A DNA stretch of 63,983 bases, counting the filler, from Thraustochytrium aureum (lineage: Eukaryota): NCBI GenBank assembly GCA_012862495.1. It is 6 parts of 4 records of this genome, joined end to end, with 100 filler letters (N's around TTAATTAATTAA, not from the genome) between each part and the next. Parts side by side here need not be neighbours in the genome. Positions count along the whole stretch, not along the records: positions 1 to 24,202 come from BLSG01000096.1; 5 more parts are not named here. One strand, given 5' to 3'. Of the stretch, positions 10,666 to 21,957 are shown one piece after another. Under the pieces are notes generated by a model. The model was given only the letters and a program-made list of their open reading frames with translations. It had not been told where the DNA came from and made no database searches. Numbering within the stretch: position 1 is the stretch's first letter; every line of letters begins with the position of its first letter. The translations under genes were made by a program, and so were the position numbers.

Positions 10666-11961
10666 CCGAGGTTCTGGGCTCTGCGGCATCTCGACGCTGC
10701 GCGGGCCGGCACGCCCTTGGTGCAGCTCCAGCTCCGATCCTCGGCCTTGTGCGTTGTGCGTTTGCGCGTGACTTTCGTACGCTGCGGGGTGATGGTCTTG
10801 GTACGTTGCGAGTGGTCTATACTCTTGGGCGTGTTCGGCATGGCTGTCGCGGTCGTCGTCGCTGTCCGCCCCAGCATGATCGGGCCCTAGCGAGCTGCTT
10901 CTGCGGCGGCGGTGTCTGGTCGCGCTGCCCTCGCTGTCCGGCACGGCTCGTCGCGGCGCAGAGCGATTGGCAAGGTTTTGCGCCGCGCGCGCCGCAGCGC
11001 GATCCATGTCCTGGATGTTTGTGTTGGCAAGAGGAAAGTAGAACCCGAGCGTGCGCAGGAAGTCCTTGCCTGGGATATTGTCCGCAAGGACGTGGGCGGC
11101 GACAATCTTGAACTTGTCCTTGAAGGCATCCACGCAAAGCTGGAAAAGGCGCGTCCCAACGCCCTGGCGGCGAAACCCGTTGCAGACGTGGATCTCCAGG
11201 ATGGAGAGCGACTTGAAGTTTACCTTGCAGAGGGCGAAGCCGACGATCTTGCCGCGCCCTGTGGTTACGATAAAGTGCTTTGAGGCCTCGTGGATCTCCT
11301 TGCGTTTTTTGCTGCGGTTCCACATTTTCCAGTGGCCGCCGGGCTCGTGGTCGCTGTAGATTGCGGCGTGATTGTGCATAGCGCGCGTGTGGTCCTTGTT
11401 GATGTCAATGCAGTTTTCGACGATTCGCTCGTACTTGGCGTCGCCAGGCACGCGGTCGACTTGCAGGTAGTTGACCTGCGCGGCGGAGCTGTCCTGGAAG
11501 GGGGCGCGCTGCTGCGGTGGGCCGTCGCGCGGCACGCGGGTCGAGCAGAGCTTGTCCCAGAGCGCCTTGACCTTGTTTGGCGTTATCGTGTGGCGGCTGA
11601 GCGGGTCGAGGCTGACGTGGGCGGCCAGGACGGCGTCCCAGGCGAGTTGGTCGTCGGACTTGGCCTGCTCGGCAACAGTGAGCATGGCGGTGACGAGGTC
11701 CTTTGGGTTTATCTCGTAGTCGACGCACCTGAGCGCCTCCGAGAGCAGCCCGAGGTGGCTGGCCACGTCAGTTTTCACGATGCTCAGCGACCTCCGACAC
11801 CGCGACTCGAACCGCTTGGAGCCGATCAGGAGGTCTACCTTGGCGAGCACTCCGCGGAGGTAGCCCCAGTCCCTGTTTTTCCTCTCCGTCTTGAGCCGCG
11901 CAGCGCTCTTGCCGGCGAGCACTTGGAACAGGAGCAGCTCCCCGACGGTCCAGTGCGGCAT
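10666..11961 (-). CDS. GNAT acetyltransferase-domain protein, NAA40/NatD-like; C-terminus runs into a gap
   Basis: WNRSKKRKEIH..FIV...IVGFALCKV...LSILEIHVCNGFRRQGVGTRLF...HVLADNIPGKDFLRTLGF contains motif A (RRQGVG) and NAA40-like spacing. It has a long N-terminal extension and a disordered tail. Confidence 0.7.
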
Positions 11962-12813
11962 TGTGCGATGGCGCGCTGCCTCGCTCCCTCGCTGCTCGGG
12001 CCGGCTGGCGGGCAGGCGGGCGGGCGCGGGCAGGCAAGCACGTTGGAAGAGTAAGTAGAGTACCACGGACTGGCTGACTGACCGGCTCGCCGATCGGCAG
12101 CGAGGCAGGTGGCCCTGAGGTGGGAGGCCTTGCCGAGCGCATTCCTGAACTGCTTTTCCTGAACAGCAGTGTCAAAATCAAACAAAAAACGAAGGTGCAA
12201 TGCATGCGGTGGTCGCAAGACGCTCGCGAGGCTCCCGCTCGGCCCGCGGTCTCGGGCGCAGGCGAAGGTGGAAGCGAGTATCATTATGAACGCATGGTTT
12301 ACTGGTCATTTATCTTCGAAGGCCGGAGCGCTCGCAGCATCCCGTTGCGCGGCGCTGGCCCCTGCGCGTGTTGTGTGTGTGTTGGTGCCGGTCCCATGGG
12401 TTTAGTCATGAATAGGATAGGTTCGGGCGAGCCCAAGGGCAGGCGCAGGTGGTCCTGCCGCTGCCCTGTCGGGCCGCCCGGGCCTCGAGAAATATTTGTA
12501 GTGTGAGTGTGTGTGAATGTGCCTCTGCCGTATGTTCAAAGGAAAGAGCCGCAGCCGCCCGGGGAGGCGAGCAAGCGCAAGGATGTCGCGACGTAGCGGC
12601 ACCCTCGACTCGCAGCCGCAACGACATGCAAGCAGAAGCATGTCGAAAGCGCCGGTCAAGGCACCAAAGAGGCCGAGCGCGGCGCTGGCGCGCGCGGGGC
12701 CAGATAGTGAAACACATTCCGCGCGCCGCCCGCAACGCAAAAACCCTTGGATTGCGAAGCGAGTCGCGGGACGAAATGGGGAAGGTCGGTCACGGGACCA
12801 GCCATCCATCCGC

Positions 12814-13593
12814 TCACTTTGGGAGCTGGCCCACGCTCTCCGGGAAGTTGAACTGCGCCCGCTTGCCGTGGAGGCTGGCGGCCGCCTGGTCGTAGCAGCG
12901 TGCGGCATCGGCTTCAGACTTGAAGCGGCCGAGNNNNNNNNNNNNNNNNNNNNNNNNNNNNNNNNNNNNNNNNNNNNNNNNNNNNNNNNNNNNNNNNNNN
13001 NNNNNNNNNNNNNNNNNNNNNNNNNNNNNNNNNNNNNNNNNNNNNNNNNNNNNNNNNNNNNNNNNNNNNNNNNNNNNNNNNNNNNNNNNNNNNNNNNNNN
13101 NNNNNNNNNNNNNNNNNNNNNNNNNNNNNNNNNNNNNNNNNNNNNNNNNNNNNNNNNNNNNNNNNNNNNNNNNNNNNNNNNNNNNNNNNNNNNNNNNNNN
13201 NNNNNNNNNNNNNNNNNNNNNNNNNNNNNNNNNNNNNNNNNNNNNNNNNNNNNNNNNNNNNNNNNNNNNNNNNNNNNNNNNNNNNNNNNNNNNNNNNNNN
13301 NNNNNNNNNNNNNNNNNNNNNNNNNNNNNNNNNNNNNNNNNNNNNNNNNNNNNNNNNNNNNNNNNNNNNNNNNNNNNNNNNNNNNNNNNNNNNNNNNNNN
13401 NNNNNNNNNNNNNNNNNNNNNNNNNNNNNNNNNNNNNNNNNNNNNNNNNNNNNNNNNNNNNNNNNCTCTCGAGCGTGGCGCTCTGCCGCCTCATCCTCTC
13501 CTCAAATGCGAAAATTTTTCTTCGCGCGGCACGCCGGTCTCCGCTCGCTCCGCAGGCTCCCTCCCGCGACCGACCGACCAACCCGCCAACCAA
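12814..13593 (-). CDS. AP2/ERF-domain protein; only the C-terminal half of the domain (12814-12933) is visible, rest in a gap, start uncertain
   Basis: LGRFKSEADAARCYDQAAASLHGKRAQFNFP matches the AP2 consensus LGxFxTAEEAARAYDxAAxxxxGxxAxxNFP. Confidence 0.8.
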   Translation of the reverse strand: MVGGLVGRSREGACGASGDRRAARRKIFAFEERMRRQSATLEXXXXXXXXXXXXXXXXXXXXXXXXXXXXXXXXXXXXXXXXXXXXXXXXXXXXXXXXXXXXXXXXXXXXXXXXXXXXXXXXXXXXXXXXXXXXXXXXXXXXXXXXXXXXXXXXXXXXXXXXXXXXXXXXXXXXXXXXXXXXXXXXXXXXXXXXXXXXXXXXXXXXXXXXXXXXXXXXXXLGRFKSEADAARCYDQAAASLHGKRAQFNFPESVGQLPK

Positions 13594-13849
13594 GCTTCCC
13601 GTGCCTTGACGACGAACGAACGCCCTGGTGCGCTCGGCTCGGCGTGTGCGATTGAGAGATTGCTTGCTTGCGTGCTGGTGTGCGCAGCTAGCCAGGCAGC
13701 CAGGCAGCCAGGAGGCGGGTGTGCTGCTCTTCGGCTGCGTGCGCGACAGACAGCGAGTGAATGGGGCTCTGCCAGTGTCGGATTCTCGCCTGCATGCTCG
13801 CTGGTAGGTAGGTAGGGAGGTAGGTATGCTGCTGGCTCGCTCTGCGCCC

Positions 13850-14100
13850 TTACCTTTCCGCCTTTTACCTTTTTATTTTTTCTTTTTTTTCGCTTTTTGT
13901 TCTTCCCCTACTTGGTGGTTTTCGCTTTTCGTTTTCTCGTTTTTTCTCGTTTTTCCTACTTGTGTTTTCTTTCGTTCGTGTTTTTACTCGTTTACTTGGT
14001 TATTTCTGCGCTATTCGTTTCCTTGTTTTTTCGGGTTTTGGTTTTTTATTTTTTGGGTTTTTATTTTTTGGGTTTGTTTTTGGGTTGTTTTTTGGGTTGG
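13850..14100. repeat. Strongly T-rich low-complexity tract ending in irregular (T)nGGG units
   Basis: About 250 bp dominated by T runs inside GC-rich DNA, e.g. ttttttgggtttttattttttgggtttgtttttgggttg. Confidence 0.8.
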
Positions 14101-15315
14101 CTCGGCGGCGGGTCGCGCGGGCCGTGCCTCCTCAGAGCCCCGGCCCGCGCCGTGCGGCCGCCTCACATGGGTTTTGCTGCGGCGCGGGCGGTTCTGGGCT
14201 CCGCGCCCGGCGCCGAAGAGAGCGCGGGGAGGAGGGCAGGCGGCTTGTTGTTCCGCGCGGTTCAAGAGGCGGTCTGGTTTACCCCCCTCTGCGCTGGCTT
14301 GCGCGTGCCGGATCTGCTTGCAGCTTGCACGTTCGCTCCTGTCTGGTTTGGGATCCGCGTTTGCGTTGTTGATTCGCTTTGTGATATACCGGGGAAAGCA
14401 TGCGAGTGCGGACGCGTCCTTGAGCGGGAGTGAAGTCGCGAAAGATACCACGCCGCGCGGCTCGAACTCTGCATACCTCTCACNNNNNNNNNNNNNNNNN
14501 NNNNNNNNNNNNNNNNNNNNNNNNNNNNNNNNNNNNNNNNNNNNNNNNNNNNNNNNNNNNNNNNNNNNNNNNNNNNNNNNNNNNNNNNNNNNNNNNNNNN
14601 NNNNNNNNNNNNNNNNNNNNNNNNNNNNNNNNNNNNNNNNNNNNNNNNNNNNNNNNNNNNNNNNNNNNNNNNNNNNNNNNNNNNNNNNNNNNNNNNNNNN
14701 NNNNNNNNNNNNNNNNNNNNNNNNNNNNNNNNNNNNNNNNNNNNNNNNNNNNNNNNNNNNNNNNNNNNNNNNNNNNNNNNNNNNNNNNNNNNNNNNNNNN
14801 NNNNNNNNNNNNNNNNNNNNNNNNNNNNNNNNNNNNNNNNNNNNNNNNNNNNNNNNNNNNNNNNNNNNNNNNNNNNNNNNNNNNNNNNNNNNNNNNNNNN
14901 NNNNNNNNNNNNNNNNNNNNNNNNNNNNNNNNNNNNNNNNNNNNNNNNNNNNNNNNNNNNNNNNNNNNNNNNNNNNNNNNNNNNNNNNNNNNNNNNNNNN
15001 NNNNNNNNNNNNNNNNNNNNNNNNNNNNNNNNNNNNNNNNNNNNNNNNNNNNNNNNNNNNNNNNNNNNNNNNNNNNNNNNNNNNNNNNNNNNNNNNNNNN
15101 NNNNNNNNNNNNNNNNNNNNNNNNNNNNNNNNNNNNNNNNNNNNNNNNNNNNNNNNNNNNNNNNNNNNNNNNNNNNNNNNNNNNNNNNNNNNNNNNNNNN
15201 NNNNNNNNNNNNNNNNNNNNNNNNNNNNNNNNNNNNNNNNNNNNNNNNNNNNNNNNNNNNNNNNNNNNNNNNNNNNNNNNNNNNNNNNNNNNNNNNNNNN
15301 NNNNNNNNNNNNNNN

Positions 15316-15969
15316 AAACGCCGAGCGCCAGACCAAAGTTTGCCACCGTCAGCACGTAAAAGGCGGCGCCCTCGGCCGCCGCGCGGATGCCCTCGTCCAC
15401 CACAAAGTACAGCCCGAACGCGCCCTGAACGAGCGGATACACCCACCCAAACAGGCTGAGCAGGTAGAACTGCGCGTACGTGCGCGTCCCCACGCACGTG
15501 TTGAGCCACTTGCAGTGGTGGTCTAGGCCAGGCACCATCTTGCGGCACACCGAGCAATACCGGGCCACAGACTGCGACCCCTCCATGCCCTTGATACGGC
15601 AGCCGCCCGGCAACGCCGGGTCTGCGGCCTGGCAGTACACCCACAAACCCGCAGCGATCAACACAGGGACTCCGTAGACCAGCCCGACCGTTAGCGCCTG
15701 CGCGATGCGATGCGATGCGATGCGATGCGACGCGATGCGATGCGCGCGCGCGTCAGCACCTCTTGACCGGGAGAGCACTTCCGCCACCCACCCCCTCGCT
15801 CTACCGCCGCCGCCAAACTCACCAGGTCGCCGTCGCCGCGCACGGCCACCGCCGCAAGCATACCAAACACGCCGACCGCCAGGACCTGCCCAAGCCAGGC
15901 CAGCACAGGCACCAGGCCCCAGGGCAGCTGGAAGCCATTCCGCCGCACCTTGCGCGTCACTTCCGCCAT
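15316..15969 (-). CDS. DHHC palmitoyltransferase (ZDHHC1/11-like); intron 15698-15822; 3' part in a gap, possibly ending at 14011
   Basis: RRNGFQLPW N-terminal motif, transmembrane segments, DP motif, YCSVCRKMVPGLDHHCKWLNTCVG. The GTGAGT...GCAG intron splices in frame. Confidence 0.92.
15701..15752. repeat. (GCGAT)n pentanucleotide repeat inside the DHHC intron
   Basis: gcgatgcgatgcgatgcgatgcgatgcgacgcgatgcgatgcgcgcgcgcg. Confidence 0.9.
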
Positions 15970-16553
15970 CAGGGCGGCTGCGAGCCCTCCCTCCGCCTTG
16001 CGGAGCTCGGAGGCAAGCGACCGCTCAGGCGCGCAAGCCTCCAGCAAGCAAGCCAGACTTCGGGCCTTTGCAGCGCCGCCTTGGCGCTGCCTGCGCCGCA
16101 GTCAACGCAGGTCTGGGCGCCCAGCGCCCACCTTCGCTCGCGCGTACACAAACGACACGTCGGACGCGTGCGACGAGGCCGGCCGAGGACTCGGGCCTGT
16201 TGTTGCTCGTCGCACAGGGACCCCATGTTTCGCACTCGGCAACGTCGGCATCGCTCCAGGTGCGGGAAGGGCGTTGGTCCCGCGGCGGGTCTCGCAGGGC
16301 GACGCCCGCGCTTTGCAAGACAAGCACCACCGTGACGACTGGCAAAGGCTGGACTTTGATTAACGGATGGCCCGCTTGCTTTGGCAAAGCCGGCCCCTGT
16401 TTTCCGCAACTCAAGCTCTCTCTAGAGAGAGAGCTAGCTAGCGCAGTCCCAACCGCTCGCGCCCCGGGGCCTCCCTCTGCAAAGGCGCGTCGGCGAGCTA
16501 TGCGCTGCGCAAACCGTCGCAGCCATGGCCGCCGCCAGGCCGCCCCCTTCGGC

Positions 16554-17252
16554 TTACTCACCCGGCCCTGGCTCTGCTGGTTGTGGCGGCGCAGCGGCGC
16601 ACTTCTCTTGCGAAAAGAGAAAGTAGCCCATCCCGTGGTCGATCTCGGTCACTGCGGGTGCCGACAGCGCGGGGTGCGCGAGGTACCTCTTGCGAAAGTG
16701 CGGCTGCTGGAATGAGATCTGGCAAAACGCGCCCCCGGGCTTGAGGACGCGGGCCACGCTCTCCATCATGGCCCCCGTGGCGTCCACTGTCGCCTGGTTT
16801 GGGTTCCACGGGTCGCCTTCATCCGTGACTAGCGCGTCCATGGCGGCCTTGTCAATCACGACGTCGAACGTCTCCTCGGGAAAGGTCATCGCAGTCATGT
16901 CCATCACCTGCCAGCGCAACTGCGCGTTCCCGGCGTGCTGCGCGGCCATCGCCTCGATCACCTTGGCGCTAAAGTCAATGCTTGTCACCAGCTGCACGCC
17001 GTCCTCTGCCAGCCCGGCCGAGAGGCCCGAGTTGCCGCACCCGACGACGAGGACGTGGCTCTTGGGGGCCCGCAGCCGGGTCAACCATGGCGTCAAGCAG
17101 GCCCGCACCACCTCGTACGAAGCCAGCCATTCGTACGAAGCCTCTTTCGCGAAACGCTGCTCCCAGTACTCTTGCGTCTTGTACTCGCGGTTGTGCGCGG
17201 GCTCGAGGGCCTCGGCGCGCTTCTCGCCGCCGTCCGCCTCCTCGTCGCCCAT
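16554..17252 (-). CDS. EEF1AKMT4: Class I SAM-dependent methyltransferase, EEF1AKMT4 / METTL13 N-terminal-like
   Basis: EYKTQEYWEQRF, YEWL, LVVGCGNSGLS, SIDFS, WQVMDMTAMTF, FDVVIDKAAMDAL, DPWNP, RVLKPGG, SFQQPHFRKRYL. Confidence 0.88.
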   Translation of the reverse strand: MGDEEADGGEKRAEALEPAHNREYKTQEYWEQRFAKEASYEWLASYEVVRACLTPWLTRLRAPKSHVLVVGCGNSGLSAGLAEDGVQLVTSIDFSAKVIEAMAAQHAGNAQLRWQVMDMTAMTFPEETFDVVIDKAAMDALVTDEGDPWNPNQATVDATGAMMESVARVLKPGGAFCQISFQQPHFRKRYLAHPALSAPAVTEIDHGMGYFLFSQEKCAAAPPQPAEPGPGE

Positions 17253-17577
17253 CGAGCCCTTCGCGCCCTCGCTCGACAGGCCACAACAGAGCACAACGGA
17301 ACGGAACAGACCAGGCCAGGCAAGGCAGCCGGCCGGCCCGAACGCCCTCGGGGCCCAGCAAGCCCTTTGCGTGGAGAGCTGCGGGATCGGGGAGGAGGCG
17401 GCCACCCGGATCGCCAAACCAGAGCTCGACAGATCCTGATCTGTCGCGGCGCCGCGGCCCGTGACACCACCACCGCCCACTTGCGCGCGCGGCCCGCCAG
17501 CCAGGCAGCCCGTCGCGCTCTCCAGCGCAGGTGGCTGCGCCGCTCGCGCGTGCGCCGGCTTCGGGACGCCGAGCGCC

Positions 17578-20500
17578 ATGAAGCCCGGCAGGGGAGGGAG
17601 GCAACAGGCATGGGCAAGGCCCACCGCGGAGCAGCCGAAACGAAAGCTGCCCAAGGCCGCCCAGCAGCCACAGCCGCCGCAGCAGTCCGTAGCGGTACTG
17701 CCGGGCCAGCCCAAGACCGCTCAACCGCAACCGCAACCGCAACCGCAGCAAGAGCAGCAGCGGACGACGAAAATGTCTGCGGCAGTGAGCGAGGAAATCC
17801 AGGCGCTAGAGTCTATCTTTGCAGGCGACCTCGAGCAGCTCGGGGTCGTTTGGGGGCAGCCAAAGCTCAAACTCCTGGTGCGGCCGCACATGAGCCAGGG
17901 CCGCGAAATCGTCGAGGCCGTGCTTGAGGTTACGTATGTGGCCACCTACCCTCGCTCCCCCCCGTCGGTCAAGGTCGTTCGCTGGCAGGGCATCTCTGGA
18001 GACAGCGCCAAGGCGCTGCAAGCCGTCGTTCTCGCCGAGGGCGCCAAGCTGGCTGGCCCGACCGCAGAGCCTTTCGTTTATGACCTGACGCGCGTCGTGC
18101 AAGAGTTCCTGGTCAAGCACCGCGTGGAAACAAAGTCCTTTTATGAGGAGTTCCAGCAAGAGGAGACCAACCGAACCAATCAAGTGCTCGCGGAAAGGTC
18201 GGCGGCCAGGCGGCGCCAGGCCGAGCAGAATGCCTCGCTCCACGAACGCATCAATCGCGCGCTCGAAACGCCGCGCTCGCCCGCGCTGCAACCGGCTGCG
18301 TGGGACTCGAGGCTCGCCGCTTCGCGTAGGTCGCAAGGCGAGGAGGACGGCCTCCTGGAGATGGAGCCGGACCTCGACGGCTTTCTGGAACGCAGCAGGA
18401 TGTCCAAGAGTCGCTACCTTAACGACTTTGAGGAGGTCAAGCTGCTCGGCTTCGGCGGGTTTGGCAAGGTCGTCAAAGCCCGCAACCGGCTCGACGGCCG
18501 TCTGTACGCCGTCAAGCGCATCAAGCTCGAACGCCAGGACGCCAACTCGAACCGCAAGATCCTCCGCGAGGTAACCAGCCTGGCGAAAATGTTCCATCAC
18601 AATATTGTGCGGTATTACCAGGCCTGGATCGAGGACGACGATAGCGGCGCCGGCGCCGGCAGCAGTGACGACGAGGACGACGGCGACGACGACGTGAGCA
18701 GCGACCAAGGGGGCGACTTCGCGTACGCAATACCAAATGCGGGACGTAGCAAGGACCTCGAGACGAGCGGGGACTCGAGGGACGACCTCTTCGCAGCCGC
18801 GCAGCGCTCGACGCTGGCGCCGCCCGCCGACTTTGGCGGCTTGCCCCAATCCCTTTTCCCCGACGACGACGCCGAGGGGGGCGAAGATTCCTCCGACCTA
18901 AGCGGCGTGGGCGGCTTTGGGGACTGGAGCGACGACGACCAGGACTCCGCCGCAGAAGAGGTGCAGGAGGCCGTGTCCACCTCGCGGACCACGAACCGCC
19001 CGGACCAGAGCCCCCGCCCGGTGCGTGACCGCGTGCTTTACATACAGATGGAGTATTGCCCGGGCCAGACGCTCCGCGAGGTTATCGACAAGGGGCTGCT
19101 CGTATCCTCGCCGGAGCTCGTCTGGAAGCTTTTTCGGGAGATCGTGAGGCGCTCTGGTACATTCACGACACATGCCACTTTATCCACCGCGACCTCAAGC
19201 CCGCCAACGTGTTCTTGGACGAGAATGGCGACGTCAAGCTGGGCGACTTTGGGCTTGCCGTTAACGCTCAAAAGCCCACCGTGGCAGACTCGGCCTTGCA
19301 TGCGGCCGACCGCGCCGCACCAGGCGATGGGCCGGCCCCCAAACCCGCCAAGCGCAGCGCCACCTCGGGACCAAAGACCAGCGCTGCGTCGGCAGCCCGA
19401 GCGCGCCTCTCGCTGGACCTTACGGACACCTCAAATGAGAACACCAGCGGGGTGGGCACCACACTGTACCGCGCCCCAGAGGTCACGAACGCCAAATACG
19501 ACGAGAAATGCGACATGTGGAGCCTCGGCGTCATGCTGTTCGAAATGTTAGTGCCGCCCTTCGAGACCGGTATGGAGCGCATCCGCACCTTGACCGAACT
19601 GCGCCAGACCGGCAAGGTTCCTCCAGAGCTCGGGCTGCGCAAGGAAGCCGTCGAGATGGTCGAGATGCTTTTGCGGACAAAGCCGAGCAAGCGGCCGAGC
19701 GCGCTCAGCATCCTCGAGTCGGGTCGCCTCCCGCAAAAGATCGAGACCGAGCAGCGATACTTTGACGAGGTCATGCGCGTAGTCAAGGGGGCGGACCGTT
19801 CGCTGCCGCTCTACTCGCGCCTCATGGAAACCCTCTTCGACCAGCGCACGCGGGACGAGGTGTTCTTCACCTACGACGCGGACATCCTCAAGTACACGAA
19901 CGACATCGCTGGCCGCGCCGCCCAGCTCACGCGCGCCGACGGTCCGCCTGGGGGCCACCGCCGCCACCACGAGGTCCTCCACGCGATGGAAAAGCTCGTC
20001 TACCGCGAGATGGAGCAGCAGTTTCAGCTCTTTGGCGCCTCGCCGTTTTACGCCCCGCTTCTTACGCCAAAAACGGACACGGAGCGCGGCCGCGCCAACC
20101 CGTCCTGCCAGCTCATGGACCCGCAGGGTACGGTGGTGCTGCTCCCGATGAATCTGACGCGCCCCTTTGCGCGTTGGGTGGCGCTCCGCCAGCACGCCTG
20201 GATGAAGCGCTTCGACTGCTCCAGAGTCTACGTCGCTGCGGAGGCGGCAGCAACCTCCTTGGCGGCCAGCCGCGCAGCAAACTCCAGGGCTCGTTCGACG
20301 TCGTCATCCCGCGCTCTGTGNNNNNNNNNNNNNNNNNNNNNNNNNNNNNNNNNNNNNNNNNNNNNNNNNNNNNNNNNNNNNNNNNNNNNNNNNNNNNNNN
20401 NNNNNNNNNNNNNNNNNNNNNNGGCTCGTTCGACGTCGTCATCCCGCGCTCTGTGCTCTCCACCTCTGGCGCCGCCTTTTCGCACGCCTGGCACGCGGAC

Positions 20501-21634
20501 GCTATTCGCTGCAGCGCGCAAGCCCTGCAGCGCGCGGCGCGGGCGGCTGGCGCACGCGAAGACGGCGTCACAGTCTTCGTGCATGATTGCATTCTCCAGC
20601 AGGCCGCCCTTGCTGCATGCGGCCTTGGCGAACGGGACGCAGCTCTGCCTGTGCTAGCAGTCCTCGACTCCAACTTTAGCAACGAGCGCCTGTCGTGGAC
20701 GCAGGCGCGTAAGCGGTTGATGGAGAGACTGTCACAAAAGCAGGCCGACTCGCTGCGCGCCCTTTTCGCCGTGCGGCGCGACAACGCTGCGCTTCTCAAG
20801 GCCTTTGCCACGCTCGTGCGCTCGGCTCCAGGCAATGACCATGGCCTCCTTATGGAGCGCGTCGCGCTCCTTGAAGCGCTATGCGCAGAGGTGGACCTGC
20901 ACTGCGTCTTTCGGCCGTGGCTCGCGCCGATCCCGGACATGACGTCGGGGCTCTATTACGCGATCGTGATGAAGCGCTCCGTCCAGGGGTCGTCTGCCGC
21001 GCACCCCAAGCGGAGCGCCAAGCCTCTGGCTGCGCAGCGGCAAGGTGCGCGCGAAGCGGAGGACGTTTCCGCAGGGGCGGCGTGGGCATCGCAGACGGTC
21101 TGCTCGCTCTTCCAGAACACGCAGTTCTTCGTCGCCGCTACCGGGGGCCGCTACGACGACCTGATTGACCAGTACCAGCTCTCGCTGCGCCCGCGCGTGC
21201 GCGTCGCGGCCATCGGGACGCGCTTTCACGTCGAGCGCATCTCGACGCAGCTCGTTGACCCGCTCGCGCTCCCCTTCGCCGACATGGCCACGCCGACGCT
21301 TGTTCTCGTGGCGGCCCCGAGCGACGAAGAGCCCACGCCTACCGAAGAGTGCGTGCAGATCGCCAACCAAATGCGGGCCAAGGGCCTTCGCGCCGACTGG
21401 ATGCACCCCTTCCCGCTTGACCATGCGCAGGCGCCGCTCTCGGACACGTTCATGACGTACGCGCGCACCAACAGGATCGCGTACTTTGTCAATAAGCGTC
21501 GTGGCCACGTCTACCGCGTTCGCAGCGTCGTCATTTCCGGGATCGACCGCGAGTTCGCCAAGTTGGACCTGCTCGTCGCCTTTCTCAAGGCCAGGCAGCC
21601 CGCTGGACCAAGCGCCGTGCCTGATGGGCCATAG
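17578..21634 (+). CDS. GCN2: eIF2-alpha kinase GCN2 (RWD + kinase + HisRS-like domains); alternative start 17773; frameshifts near 19147 and about 20240
   Basis: RWD: EEIQALESIF...YPRSPP. Kinase: SRYLNDFEE, LGFGGFGKVVKARNRLDGRLYAVKRI, HHNIVRYYQAWIE, acidic insert, LYIQMEYC, IHRDLKPAN, DFGLA, GVGTTLYRAPE. HisRS-like: LMDPQGTVVLLP...PFARWVA and ATGGRYDDLI. Confidence 0.95.
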
Positions 21635-21957
21635 AGTTTGGAACAAGCTGGGCGGCGCTGGCCGTCAGGGCCAGGCTGGTCCACGGCTTCGGAGACAAGG
21701 AGGGTCAAGTTGGCCAAGAAAGTGGCACCACGACAAGGCAAAGCCGTCACGTGTCGCGTGTCCGGGGCGGCGGAGCTCGCGGTTGATTTCAGTAGGGGGT
21801 TCGAAAAGGAAAGTAAACATGAAAAACCATCAAGAGGGCTGGGCACGCGAGCCCCGCTATGCTGCGCGTGGCTCGCTTGTACTGCAGCGTCCCATACATA
21901 CCCTCGACTGTCGGGAAGACAAGCGAAAACGCCAGCCGGGCAGGCCTTGCCTTCGCA

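Noticed and set aside
14030..14100. True telomere repeat
   Set aside because: The TnGGG units are irregular, few and internal.
13826..14433. Phe-rich + strand ORFs as membrane proteins
   Set aside because: They are a by-product of the T-rich tract; all three frames give similar poly-Phe.
19140..19155. Programmed frameshifting or pseudogenisation of GCN2, calnexin, APC5 and others
   Set aside because: The breaks are single-base changes in short homopolymers, in both directions, across conserved housekeeping genes, with no shared slippery motif. Sequencing error is the simplest explanation.
20288..20455. 33-bp direct repeat flanking the gap in GCN2 as a target-site duplication
   Set aside because: Both contig ends carry the same coding sequence (GSFDVVIPRSV); this is an unmerged overlap, so the gap is probably false.
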